64,000 bases of DNA from an uncultured Pelagibacteraceae bacterium (GTDB lineage Bacteria; Pseudomonadota; Alphaproteobacteria; Pelagibacterales; Pelagibacteraceae), in contig CACEMT010000002.1 in assembly GCA_902560685.1 (NCBI GenBank), positions 861 to 64,860 on the forward strand, in the 5' to 3' direction. The first letter of the stretch is position 1, and each line of letters opens with the position of its first letter. Shown piece by piece: positions 1 through 9,683 of this stretch. The notes under the pieces are model-generated. The model was given only the letters and a program-made list of their open reading frames with translations. It searched no databases and was not told where the DNA came from. Position numbers and translations under genes: made by a program.

Positions 1-2
1 GC

Positions 3-1052
3 TTTAATATTTAAATTATAATTATTTGAAATATAAAAAATTGGAATTAAAGCTACAACAGATATTAGTAATGGATAATATGCATCCTTTTTACCTTGAT
101 GCAGACGATACCCAGCCATTATAGTCGCTCCTATTGCACCAATTGAACCAGCTTGGTTTACTGTTGCAATACCCATTAATATAGATCCAAGAACTGCAAA
201 TATTAATGCAAGCGGTGGAATTATTACCATTATAACTTTCATCCAAAATTTAAAATCAAATTGACCTTTAAATGGAACTGGTGGAGCTGCTCTAGGATTT
301 AATCTTGCATATACAAATACATACAACATATACAAACCAACTAATACTAATCCAGGTAATAATGCACCAAGAAACATATCACCAGCACTAGTAGAACCTA
401 CTCTAAACTCGCCAGGCATATTAAATTCACCTGTGATTAATTTATAGTCTGCCTGTCTCATTGTATTTGCTACATCAGCAGCACTAGCTAATTGGTCTGC
501 AATAATAATTAAAACAATTGATGGAGGAATTATTTGCCCAAGTGTTCCAGATGAACAAACTATTCCACTTGCAAGACTTCTATCATATTTGTTATTTAAC
601 ATAGTGGGCAATGAAATTAAGCCCATTGCAATGACAGTTGCTCCAACTATTCCTGTGGTTGCTGCAAGTAATGCTCCAACAAAAATTACTGAAATTCCAA
701 GTCCTCCAGGGATAGGGCCAAACAATTGTCCCATGGTTACCAAAAGATCTTCAGCAATTTTAGATTTTTGTAACATGATACCCATGAAAATAAACAAAGG
801 TATTGCTATTAAAGTATCAGTTTCTACATCCCAATAATTACTCCTGAAATTTGTAATCCCTGCTGTTAACCATTCTATTGGTCCATCAGTTGCATAATAT
901 GCACCCACATCCCCTTCAAAAAGATATCCGAAGAAAGCTGCAGCACCTATTGAAATGATAGCTGAACCTGGTAATGCAAAAGCAACAGGAAAACCTGATG
1001 CCAATGCAACTATCATGATTAAAACAAGTAGAGATAAAAATAAATGTTCCAT
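3..1052 (-). CDS. dctM: TRAP transporter large permease (DctM), runs off window edge
   Basis: Not in ORF track. Manual minus-strand reading from ATG at 1052 gives MEHLFLSLLVLIMIVALASGFPVAFAL..., with SGTLGQIIPPSIVLII motif; follows dctP-dctQ. Confidence 0.9.
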   Translation of the reverse strand, partial: MEHLFLSLLVLIMIVALASGFPVAFALPGSAIISIGAAAFFGYLFEGDVGAYYATDGPIEWLTAGITNFRSNYWDVETDTLIAIPLFIFMGIMLQKSKIAEDLLVTMGQLFGPIPGGLGISVIFVGALLAATTGIVGATVIAMGLISLPTMLNNKYDRSLASGIVCSSGTLGQIIPPSIVLIIIADQLASAADVANTMRQADYKLITGEFNMPGEFRVGSTSAGDMFLGALLPGLVLVGLYMLYVFVYARLNPRAAPPVPFKGQFDFKFWMKVIMVIIPPLALIFAVLGSILMGIATVNQAGSIGAIGATIMAGYRLHQGKKDAYYPLLISVVALIPIFYISNNYNLNIK

Positions 1053-1055
1053 AGT

Positions 1056-2039
1056 TTAACTTTTTAAAAGTTTATAACTGCTACTCATAAAATAGCTTGT
1101 AAATTGAATTAACATACTGACAGCAAATACAGCTAAATATACTGCCATTAGATAAAGTAAATATAATCCGTTTGATCCTTGTTGTGTAATTTCAAAAGAA
1201 ATAACAGGACCATTAATAATACTTGCTTTACCACCCATTCCTAAAAATAAAACAATAAGACATAGTGGGATTCCTAATAACAAAGATCCCATTGAATTCG
1301 TCCAAGCTTTTTTTCTCTCACTAAAGCCAGTGTATAAAACATCAACTCTAACATGACCTTCGTGCATTAAAGCATATGCACTAGCAAAAAGATAAAGGGC
1401 TGAATACCAGAAACGAACTAAATCACCCTGAAAAGCTTGTTCATATTCAAATATGAATCTTGATACAACAATAAAAAATTCACTAGCAACAACTAGAACG
1501 GCTAACCAAATAAAACCTACTGATCTAGTAAAATAACCAATTACAAAAGAAATTAATATTAAAGGAAAATGAACAAAGGTAATTCTAAAGGCTGGAATAA
1601 CTAGTTTAATTTTTAATGTTTCACCAAAAATTGGTTCAACTAATTTTTCTACAACCATAAATGAAACTATTAAATCTGCAATTCCAACAATTAAAACTGC
1701 CCAAAAAGACGAACGAATAATATAAGAAGTAAATTCAGTAAGAATTTTTGAGTCAGTTTCTAGAGTTTGTTTAATAGATCTAAATACGTAAAAAATTGCA
1801 AATAATATTGAAGCAAAATACAAAAATAATTGTATATAGGCTGTTGTTAATAATGAACCTTCTAAAGGATTACTTAATTTTTTAAATCCAAATAAACCAT
1901 AATGTGAAAATAATTTTTTAACACCAGGCCATTCAAACCAAACTGTTAAAACATTGTTAATTAGGAAAATAAAAGTAATAGCTAATATTGAATAACTAAA
2001 TATTCTAATAATTATAGGTAAATTACTTTTTGAAACCAT
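1056..2039 (-). CDS. dctQ: TRAP transporter small permease (DctQ), N-terminally extended
   Basis: C-terminal half has HEGHVRVDVLY DctQ motif; lies between dctP and dctM. Confidence 0.85.
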   Translation of the reverse strand: MVSKSNLPIIIRIFSYSILAITFIFLINNVLTVWFEWPGVKKLFSHYGLFGFKKLSNPLEGSLLTTAYIQLFLYFASILFAIFYVFRSIKQTLETDSKILTEFTSYIIRSSFWAVLIVGIADLIVSFMVVEKLVEPIFGETLKIKLVIPAFRITFVHFPLILISFVIGYFTRSVGFIWLAVLVVASEFFIVVSRFIFEYEQAFQGDLVRFWYSALYLFASAYALMHEGHVRVDVLYTGFSERKKAWTNSMGSLLLGIPLCLIVLFLGMGGKASIINGPVISFEITQQGSNGLYLLYLMAVYLAVFAVSMLIQFTSYFMSSSYKLLKS

Positions 2040-2062
2040 AAAATAAAAATTTTTTTCTTATT

Positions 2063-2088
2063 AAAAAAGGGCCCTAAAAAGGGCCCTT
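2063..2088 (-). terminator. Intercistronic stem-loop / intrinsic terminator after dctP
   Basis: aagggccct-aaaa-agggccctt inverted repeat followed by a U-tract on the minus strand. Confidence 0.8.
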
Positions 2089-2116
2089 AATTTTTAATAT
2101 TATCAAACTTTAAGTA

Positions 2117-3250
2117 TTATAGTCCTAAAGCTCTGTTTCTTTGAGCAATGTATGGTGAGTCTGATAAGTTTGTCCAAGCACCGATCTCTTTACGAGCTTT
2201 AACAAAAGCTTTATGCGTTCTAGCAGCAAGATCACTGTGTTGTTGAACTTCATCATAAACTTCAGCAGCGCCTTTAGCGAAAGCATCATAAACTTTGTCA
2301 TTAAACTTCTCAAGTTTAACACCATGATCGTTTATTAAACGACCTAATGCTGCACCATTTTTAGCATTATACTCAGCCATAGTGATTTCATCAGCCCAAG
2401 CACAAGCAGTTTTAATAATCATTTGGTCTGATTTTGTTAAACCAGTAAACCAAGATTTATTAACACCACATGCTAACATCGAACCAGGTTCATGCATACC
2501 AGGATAGTAATAATACTTAGCAGCTTCATGGAACTTCATAGCCTCGTCATTCCAAGGACCTACCCATTCAGTTGCATCGATTGCACCTGACACAAGGTTT
2601 TCATAAATTTGTCCACCAGGAAGTGAAATTGGAGAACCGCCAAGTTTTCCAAGTACTTGTCCTCCTAATCCAGGCATACGCATTTTTAAACCTTTAAGGT
2701 CGTTAGCTGATCTAATTTTTTTGTTAAACCAACCACCCATTTGAACTCCAGTATTACCAGCTATGAAACTTTGAGTACCAAAGTCATCAGTTAGCTCATC
2801 CCAAAGTGCTTGTCCTCCACCATGGTGAATCCAAGCATTGATTTCAGAATATGTGAAACCAAATGGGCATGCTGTAAAATATCCAAATGCTGGGTGTTTT
2901 TTAACCCAATAGTAGTCTGCACCGTGATACATTTGTGAGTTACCAGAGGCAACTTCATCAAATGAGTCAAATGCTTTAACTCTTTCATTTGCAGCGTAAT
3001 AAGTAACTTGTATTCTTCCGTCACTCATATCGCTTAGTCTTTTTGCAAGTCTTTGTGCACCAGTTCCTAGACCAGGAAAATCTCTTGGCCAAGTAGCTAC
3101 CATCGCAGCTTCTACTCTTTCAGCAGCAACTGCTGGAGCAGCTAAAGATGATGCAGCAACAGCAGCAACACCAGTTGCAGCAGCAGCTTTAAAGAACTTA
3201 CGTCTTGAAGGTGATTTATTTACCTTCAATGATTTTTTTTCTTTAATCAT
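2117..3250 (-). CDS. dctP: TRAP solute-binding protein, TakP-like (2-oxo/2-hydroxy acid) subfamily, Tat-exported
   Basis: SRRKFFK Tat motif; GNTGVQMGGWF, LKMRMPGLG and IDATEWVGPWND motifs. Confidence 0.9.
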   Translation of the reverse strand: MIKEKKSLKVNKSPSRRKFFKAAAATGVAAVAASSLAAPAVAAERVEAAMVATWPRDFPGLGTGAQRLAKRLSDMSDGRIQVTYYAANERVKAFDSFDEVASGNSQMYHGADYYWVKKHPAFGYFTACPFGFTYSEINAWIHHGGGQALWDELTDDFGTQSFIAGNTGVQMGGWFNKKIRSANDLKGLKMRMPGLGGQVLGKLGGSPISLPGGQIYENLVSGAIDATEWVGPWNDEAMKFHEAAKYYYYPGMHEPGSMLACGVNKSWFTGLTKSDQMIIKTACAWADEITMAEYNAKNGAALGRLINDHGVKLEKFNDKVYDAFAKGAAEVYDEVQQHSDLAARTHKAFVKARKEIGAWTNLSDSPYIAQRNRALGL

Positions 3251-3360
3251 ATTTTTCCCTCTTATTAGTTAATTAACTAATATTATTTAAGCATATAACT
3301 AAGAAAGAGTCATAAAAAAAATACCCAAAATGAACTTAATTACAATTATAGATTGTATAT

Positions 3361-4734
3361 TTAGTTTAGATCGAAAATTTTTCCTGGATTCATTATATTG
3401 TTAGGATCCATACTTCTCTTAATAGATTTCATTGCTGGCAGGTTATCTGGGTGTTGTTTTAATAAATAATGTTTTTTTTGTAAACCAATACCATGTTCTC
3501 CTGTAATTGTTCCTTCTAATTCTAAAGCTTTTTGAATAAGTTTATCACTATAGTCTCTTATTAGTTTTTGTTTTTCTTCATCTTTAGGATCATACAAAAT
3601 AATAGAGTGAAAATTACCATCACCAACATGACCAACCATTGGTGCTATTAGGCCATTTTCTTTAACATGTTTTTCCGCCCAAGAAACACATTCTACAAGC
3701 TTTGAAATAGGAACACATATGTCTGTAGAATACACTTTCATATTATTACCTAGAGCTTTAACTGAATAATAAACATCATGTCTTGCTTTCCACAGTTTGT
3801 TTCTTTCTTCAATAGACTCAGCCCATTTGAAATCACTTCCTCCATTATTTTTAGATAACTCTTCAACAAGCTTTATTGTTTCTTTATTTGACATTTCACT
3901 GCCGTGAAATTCAAAAAAAAGAGTTGGGGAAGCTTTTACATTTTCTAGTTTTGAATATTTAATACTTATTTCCATTTGATCTTTGTTTAACATTTCAATT
4001 CTTGCAACATTTAATCCGTATTGGATTACTTCTTGAGAAGTTAAAACTGCTGAGTCTAAATCAGGAAAATAACAAACCGCACTCATAATATTTTCTGGAA
4101 TTGGAGATAATCTTAACTGTACTTCAGTTATAATTCCTAGTGTCCCTTCTGAACCAATAAATAGATTGGTTAAATTATATCCCGCAGAAGATTTTTTTGC
4201 TCTACCTCCTGTTTTAACTATATCTCCATTTGCTAAAACTACAGTTAAGCCTGATACAACTGTTCTCATTGTTCCATACTTAACTGCCATCGTACCAGAT
4301 GCAGAGGTAGAAGCCATTCCACCCAATGCAGCATCAGCACCTGGGTCGATTGGAAAAAAAACTCCATCCTCTCTTAAATACTCATTTAGTTGTTTTCTTG
4401 TAACATTTGCTTGAACCCTACAATCAAAATCAGCTGCATTAACACTTAAAACTTTATTCATTTTTTCTAAAGAAATTGTAATTCCATTTTCATTGCCTAC
4501 TACATTTCCTTCAAGAGAAGTTCCTGTTCCAAAAGGTACAACAGGAATTTTATGTTCATTACATAATTTCAATATTTTTGATACTTCATCATTTGTTTCT
4601 GGAAAAACTACTGCTTGAGATAAAATTGGATCGTATGTATCTTCACCACGAGCATAATTTGCTCTTGTAGACTCAGACATTGAAAATCTACCATTAAATA
4701 TACTTTTTAATTCTTTTTGTATCTGTTCGTTCAT
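3361..4734 (-). CDS. FAD-linked D-2-hydroxyacid (D-lactate/glycolate) dehydrogenase, GlcD/LDHD family
   Basis: GTGTSLEG, GSEGTLG, GHVGDGNFH and GEHGIG motifs; C-terminal DPNNIMNPGK. Confidence 0.9.
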   Translation of the reverse strand: MNEQIQKELKSIFNGRFSMSESTRANYARGEDTYDPILSQAVVFPETNDEVSKILKLCNEHKIPVVPFGTGTSLEGNVVGNENGITISLEKMNKVLSVNAADFDCRVQANVTRKQLNEYLREDGVFFPIDPGADAALGGMASTSASGTMAVKYGTMRTVVSGLTVVLANGDIVKTGGRAKKSSAGYNLTNLFIGSEGTLGIITEVQLRLSPIPENIMSAVCYFPDLDSAVLTSQEVIQYGLNVARIEMLNKDQMEISIKYSKLENVKASPTLFFEFHGSEMSNKETIKLVEELSKNNGGSDFKWAESIEERNKLWKARHDVYYSVKALGNNMKVYSTDICVPISKLVECVSWAEKHVKENGLIAPMVGHVGDGNFHSIILYDPKDEEKQKLIRDYSDKLIQKALELEGTITGEHGIGLQKKHYLLKQHPDNLPAMKSIKRSMDPNNIMNPGKIFDLN

Positions 4735-4775
4735 TTTTTTTAATAATTTTAAATTATATAATAAATTATACTATA

Positions 4776-5939
4776 TTAACTTAACATTTTTTTTATATTT
4801 TCAAGTGCCTTAGAAATATTATCTTGGGAAGCTGCAAAGCTAAATCGCACATAATCTATGGCTTTTTTTCCAAAAGATGTACCTGGTACAATTGCTACAC
4901 CTGCTTCATGTAAACATTTTTTTGCAAACTCTTTTCCATTCATTCCAGTTCCTATAACATTTGGAAAAGCATAAAATGCCCCGCCTGGTAAACTACAATC
5001 AATTCCCTTAATACTGTTAAGTCCATCAAAAATTAATTTTCTTCTTTTAGTAAATTTTTCCATCATAAAATTTATGGGGTCATCTGGGCCATCTAGAGCA
5101 GCTATTGCTCCATATTGGATTGCCGCATTCACGCAAGAGTGATTATTAACACAAAATTTAATAACATGTTCCACAAGATTTTCTGGCCATACTGACCATC
5201 CTAGCCGCCAGCCTGTCATTGAATAAGATTTGCTCCAACCATCAAGTACGATTAATCGATCGTACAAAAAAGGGTAATCAAAAAAAGTTGGCATTTTTTT
5301 TCCATCAAATATTTGTCTGCTATAAATTTCATCACTCAATATAGCAACATGTGGAAATTTTTTTAATCCTTCAGCTAGCTGGTCTATTTTATTTTTTTCT
5401 GTAAAAGCACCTGTCGGATTATTTGGATTATTTAATATTATCAATCGAGTATTTTCGTTTATTAATGATAAAATTTTTTCTGGGTTAATAGAAAAATCTT
5501 TGTTCTCTAACATATTTATTGGCACTGCTTTTGCCCCAGTATAATTGATCATAGACTCATAAATTGGAAATCCTGGATCTGGATATATTATTTCTGCGCC
5601 TGGCTCTCCAAACAATGTTATAGCATAATACATTGTTGGTTTTCCTCCGGGCATAATAATAACTCTTTCTGGGTCAATATCTGTATTGTAAAGTTTTTTA
5701 ATTTTTCTAGTCACTGCTTGTCTGCACTCAATTATTCCGTTTGGCAAGACGTAACCATGATGACCTTCATCTAGTGCTTTTTTTGTTGCATCTATTACGT
5801 GCTTTGGTGATTTAAAATCAGGTTGGCCAAGACTTAAATGAATTATTTTTTTTCCTTCTACTTCTAATTTTTTTGCTTCTGCTAAAATTTTAAAAGCTGC
5901 CTCTGTACCTAGTCTTTCAAGGTTTTTTGCAAGTTTCAT
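4776..5939 (-). CDS. PLP-dependent aminotransferase class I/II (AspC-like)
   Basis: NPNNPTG, SDEIY and SKSYSMTGWRLG (PLP lysine) motifs. Confidence 0.9.
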   Translation of the reverse strand: MKLAKNLERLGTEAAFKILAEAKKLEVEGKKIIHLSLGQPDFKSPKHVIDATKKALDEGHHGYVLPNGIIECRQAVTRKIKKLYNTDIDPERVIIMPGGKPTMYYAITLFGEPGAEIIYPDPGFPIYESMINYTGAKAVPINMLENKDFSINPEKILSLINENTRLIILNNPNNPTGAFTEKNKIDQLAEGLKKFPHVAILSDEIYSRQIFDGKKMPTFFDYPFLYDRLIVLDGWSKSYSMTGWRLGWSVWPENLVEHVIKFCVNNHSCVNAAIQYGAIAALDGPDDPINFMMEKFTKRRKLIFDGLNSIKGIDCSLPGGAFYAFPNVIGTGMNGKEFAKKCLHEAGVAIVPGTSFGKKAIDYVRFSFAASQDNISKALENIKKMLS

Positions 5940-5944
5940 AGTTG

Positions 5945-7096
5945 TTATTTTTTAAAAATAATTTTTGAAATATTTAATTCTTTTAAGTTTTTACAACCCA
6001 TCAGTAACATATTTCTCTCAATTTCTTTTTGCATATTTTGCAATGCACGTTCCACACCTGCTTGACCTCCCGATGCAAGAGAAAATAAAAACATTTTTCC
6101 AAAACTACAAGCTTTGGCACCTGCAGCAACTGCTTTTAAAACATGAGTGCCTCTTCTAACTCCACCATCTAATATAATTTCTAATTTATCACCAACTGCA
6201 TCTGAAATTTCTTTAAGTTGATCAAATGGAGATCTCGATCCATCTAATTGTCTCCCACCGTGATTTGAAAGAAATATTGCAGTACAACCTATATCGATTG
6301 CTTTTTTTGCATCCTCAACTGACATAACTCCTTTTAAAGCAAATGGACCATTCCATTTTTTTATACAATATTCTGCATCTTGCCAGTTCATTCCTGGATC
6401 GTACTGTTCATTAACATATTCTATAACTGATTTAGTTATATTGGTTCCTTTGTCAGTTTTATGCTTAACATTTGAAAGTTCAAATTTTTTATTTGTTAAA
6501 TAGTTAAAGACCCAACCTGGTTTTGCTGCAAATTCAAATAAACTTTTGATCGTAAGTTTTGGAGGAGTAGTAAAACCTGTTCTATGATCTCTTTCTCTGT
6601 TACCAGCCACTATTGTGTCGACTGTTAAACACAAACCATCAAAGTTTGCTATTTTACATCTATCAATCAAATCGTCTGTAATAGATTTATCTTTATGAAT
6701 ATAAAGTTGAAATAATTTTGGACCACTTGAAATATTTGCAATTTCTTCAATTGATGATGTGGCCATAGTAGACATGCCATACATTGTTCCTAATTTTTCA
6801 GCTGCTCTTGCTGAAGCCTTATCTCCTTCAGGGTCGTACAATCTTTGCATAGCTGTAGGAGATAAAAAAATTGGCATACTTATTTTTCTGCCAAAAATTT
6901 CTGTTGAAATATCTGGCTTTCCGCCGCCAGCTAAAACGTTCGGAATTAAATCACACTGATTAAATGAATCTGTGTTTCTTTTTAGAGTTATTTCGTCATC
7001 TGAGCCTCCATCAATATAATGAAAAATTGGAGATGGTAATTTTTTTTTTGCTAATTTTCTAAAATCATCAAAATTCTGACAATCATTTAGATTCAT
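5945..7096 (-). CDS. lldD: FMN-dependent alpha-hydroxy acid oxidase / L-lactate dehydrogenase, paralog 2
   Basis: SNHGGRQLD catalytic motif, DGGVRRG, HYIDGG. Confidence 0.88.
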   Translation of the reverse strand: MNLNDCQNFDDFRKLAKKKLPSPIFHYIDGGSDDEITLKRNTDSFNQCDLIPNVLAGGGKPDISTEIFGRKISMPIFLSPTAMQRLYDPEGDKASARAAEKLGTMYGMSTMATSSIEEIANISSGPKLFQLYIHKDKSITDDLIDRCKIANFDGLCLTVDTIVAGNRERDHRTGFTTPPKLTIKSLFEFAAKPGWVFNYLTNKKFELSNVKHKTDKGTNITKSVIEYVNEQYDPGMNWQDAEYCIKKWNGPFALKGVMSVEDAKKAIDIGCTAIFLSNHGGRQLDGSRSPFDQLKEISDAVGDKLEIILDGGVRRGTHVLKAVAAGAKACSFGKMFLFSLASGGQAGVERALQNMQKEIERNMLLMGCKNLKELNISKIIFKK

Positions 7097-8247
7097 ACTT
7101 TTCTAAACCTTAAATTGTTTCTATTTAAATCACTTATTTTTTTACAGCCCATAAGCTTCATATCTCTTTCAAGCTCAGCCTTATACTGTCCTAAGGCTCT
7201 TTCAACACCAGCTTGACCAGCTGCAGCTAGTGCATAAAGATAAAGTCTTCCACCAGAACACGCTTTGGCACCAATAGATAATGCTTTTAACATATGAGTT
7301 CCTCTTTGGAATCCTCCTTCACAAATAACATCTATCTTATCGCCAACTGCATCTACAATTTCTGCTAATTGATCAAATGGTGATCTCGATCCATCAAGTT
7401 GTCTTCCTCCGTGATTTGAAACCATTATTCCTGTGCATCCGATATCAACTGCTTTTTTAGCATCTTCAACACTCATCACTCCTTTAAGTGCAAAATGACC
7501 TCCCCATTGAGAACATAATTTTTCAGCATCATTCCAATTCATAGATTGATCCAACATAGTAGAAAAATAATTACCAATTGAAGTGTTCGTACTGGTACCT
7601 TCTTTTACATAATCTTGAAGATGTGGTAATTCAAATTTACCTTTTGTTAAATAGTTTATTCCCCACATTGGTTTTGTAGCAAAACTATACAAACTTGATA
7701 ATGTAAGTTTAGGAGGAGATGTAAAGCCAGTTCTAAGATCTCTTTCACGATTTCCTCCCGTTATTGTATCTACTGTTAAAGCTAAAACATCAAACTTTGC
7801 CGCCTTTGCTCTTTCCAAACAAGAATCATTTAAACCTCTATCTTTATGAAAATAAAACTGAAACATTTTTGGTGTACTAATTAATGAAGCTATTTCTTCA
7901 ACACTTACAGTGGCTAAAGCTGAAACTCCAAACATAGTATTAAATTTCTGAGCTGCTTTACCTACTGCTCTTTCTCCATCATAATGAAAAAGCCTTTGTA
8001 AAGCTGTTGGTGCACAGTAAAATGGAAGATCTAATTTTTTTCCAAATATAGTAGTTGATAAATCTATGTTTTCTACACCTCTTAATACATTCGGAACTAA
8101 ATCAACATCATTAAATGAGCTTGTATTTCTTTGATATGTAATTTCATCATCAGCTGCGCCGTCGATGTAATGAAATATAGGTGAGGGTAATTTTTTCTTT
8201 GCTAATTTTCTAAAATCATTAAAATTATGACAATCTTTTAGTTTCAT
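7093..8247 (-). CDS. lldD: FMN-dependent alpha-hydroxy acid oxidase / L-lactate dehydrogenase, paralog 1
   Basis: SNHGGRQLD, NRERD and HYIDGA motifs. Confidence 0.88.
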   Translation of the reverse strand: MKLKDCHNFNDFRKLAKKKLPSPIFHYIDGAADDEITYQRNTSSFNDVDLVPNVLRGVENIDLSTTIFGKKLDLPFYCAPTALQRLFHYDGERAVGKAAQKFNTMFGVSALATVSVEEIASLISTPKMFQFYFHKDRGLNDSCLERAKAAKFDVLALTVDTITGGNRERDLRTGFTSPPKLTLSSLYSFATKPMWGINYLTKGKFELPHLQDYVKEGTSTNTSIGNYFSTMLDQSMNWNDAEKLCSQWGGHFALKGVMSVEDAKKAVDIGCTGIMVSNHGGRQLDGSRSPFDQLAEIVDAVGDKIDVICEGGFQRGTHMLKALSIGAKACSGGRLYLYALAAAGQAGVERALGQYKAELERDMKLMGCKKISDLNRNNLRFRKV

Positions 8248-8256
8248 TTTATTATT

Positions 8257-8775
8257 TTAAAATTCAGAAATAAAATTAAACATATAGCTATTTGCCCCAG
8301 GGTTCTTTTCTCCTAAACTTGCATTAGATATATGGTTATATGAAAAACCTAATTCGCTATTAGAAAAAATATCAAGTGAAAATTGAAGTTCACTTTTAAA
8401 CTCAATTATATGTCCCAGATCTTTTCCATCCCCTTGGCCATATAATCCTGGTGTAAAAGAAGGTAATACTTTTAGCTTTCCTAAATTGTATTGCGCTTGT
8501 ATCCCGGTATAAGCGTAAGCGGCACTATTTTCTGTTAACATAAAACCAGTAACAGGTGAAATTTTTCCCAAAAAGCTATCTCTTACTAAATTTTCATTTT
8601 GATGTTCAAAGCCAAATAAAGCTGCTCTTTGACCGTCATCACTAAAATCAAACATGCCTGTATAAAAATTTAATTCATGATCATTAAAATTTTCATTTTT
8701 TTCCTCACTGTAAGATAAATTTAGGAAAGAAAATAAAAACAATAAATTTAATAAAATAACTACTCTTTTTTTCAT
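8257..8775 (-). CDS. PagL-family lipid A 3-O-deacylase / acyloxyacyl hydrolase beta-barrel
   Basis: Signal peptide; HISNASLGEKNPG catalytic H-x-S motif; terminal Phe. Confidence 0.75.
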   Translation of the reverse strand: MKKRVVILLNLLFLFSFLNLSYSEEKNENFNDHELNFYTGMFDFSDDGQRAALFGFEHQNENLVRDSFLGKISPVTGFMLTENSAAYAYTGIQAQYNLGKLKVLPSFTPGLYGQGDGKDLGHIIEFKSELQFSLDIFSNSELGFSYNHISNASLGEKNPGANSYMFNFISEF

Positions 8776-8790
8776 TTAATTTTTTAAATC

Positions 8791-9162
8791 TTATTTAATA
8801 AACACTTTTCTATAGATTAATAAACCACCAAAGGTAAATAAAATCAATGGAAATATCCATAACACTATATTTTTTTTGTTAAACTCTGGGTCATATACAA
8901 TCCATTCACCATATTGATTTTTTAAATAATCATAAATTTGTTTTTCAGATTTTCCTTCTTCAATTTTATTTTTAATTAATATTTTTATACTTAACGCAAA
9001 ATCAGATTGTGAGTCATAAACTGACTGCCCTTGGCATATTAAGCATCTAAGATTTTTTGAAATTTTATTTACTAACAAATAATTATTATTTGCATATAAT
9101 ATTTTTTGAAAAGATAAGGTAAAAATTAATATTAATAAAATTATTTTGATTAGTTTTATCAT
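8791..9162 (-). CDS. ccmH: Cytochrome c biogenesis protein CcmH
   Basis: LRCLICQGQS and YGEWIVYDP motifs; in ccm operon. Confidence 0.92.
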   Translation of the reverse strand: MIKLIKIILLILIFTLSFQKILYANNNYLLVNKISKNLRCLICQGQSVYDSQSDFALSIKILIKNKIEEGKSEKQIYDYLKNQYGEWIVYDPEFNKKNIVLWIFPLILFTFGGLLIYRKVFIK

Positions 9163-9680
9163 TTAATTATTTTTGTGATTTCTAAAATATTTTCAGTTTT
9201 TAAAGGACCAATATATTTTCTAATAATTTTTGATTTACTGTTTACTAGAAAAGTTTCAGGAACTCCATAAGCCCCCAATGCTATGGATATCGTACCATCT
9301 GGGTCTGTTAAAATTTTTTCAAATGGATTGCCTAATTCATTTAAAAATTTAATAGCATTATTTTTTTTATCTTTGTAGTTCAAACCAATAATATTTATAT
9401 TTGTTTTTTCTTTTAAACCCATAAGCAACGAATGTTCTGATCTACAGGGCGCGCACCACGAAGACCAAATATTTACTAATGTAAATTGATTATTTTCTAT
9501 AATATCATTTGAATTAAATTCATCATTTAAAAATAATTCTTTGCTAGTAAATGTTTCTAAATTTTTATTACTATACTCATTTGGAGTATAAGAATTTGGT
9601 TTATCTAAACCTAAATAAAATACTGAAAAAATAAAAATAAAAAATAAAAATAAAATTGAATAATAAATTTTTTTTTTCAT
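9159..9680 (-). CDS. ccmG: Thiol:disulfide interchange protein CcmG/DsbE
   Basis: WSSWCAPC and GAYGVPETF motifs. Confidence 0.92.
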   Translation of the reverse strand: MKKKIYYSILFLFFIFIFSVFYLGLDKPNSYTPNEYSNKNLETFTSKELFLNDEFNSNDIIENNQFTLVNIWSSWCAPCRSEHSLLMGLKEKTNINIIGLNYKDKKNNAIKFLNELGNPFEKILTDPDGTISIALGAYGVPETFLVNSKSKIIRKYIGPLKTENILEITKIIK

Positions 9681-9683
9681 ATA

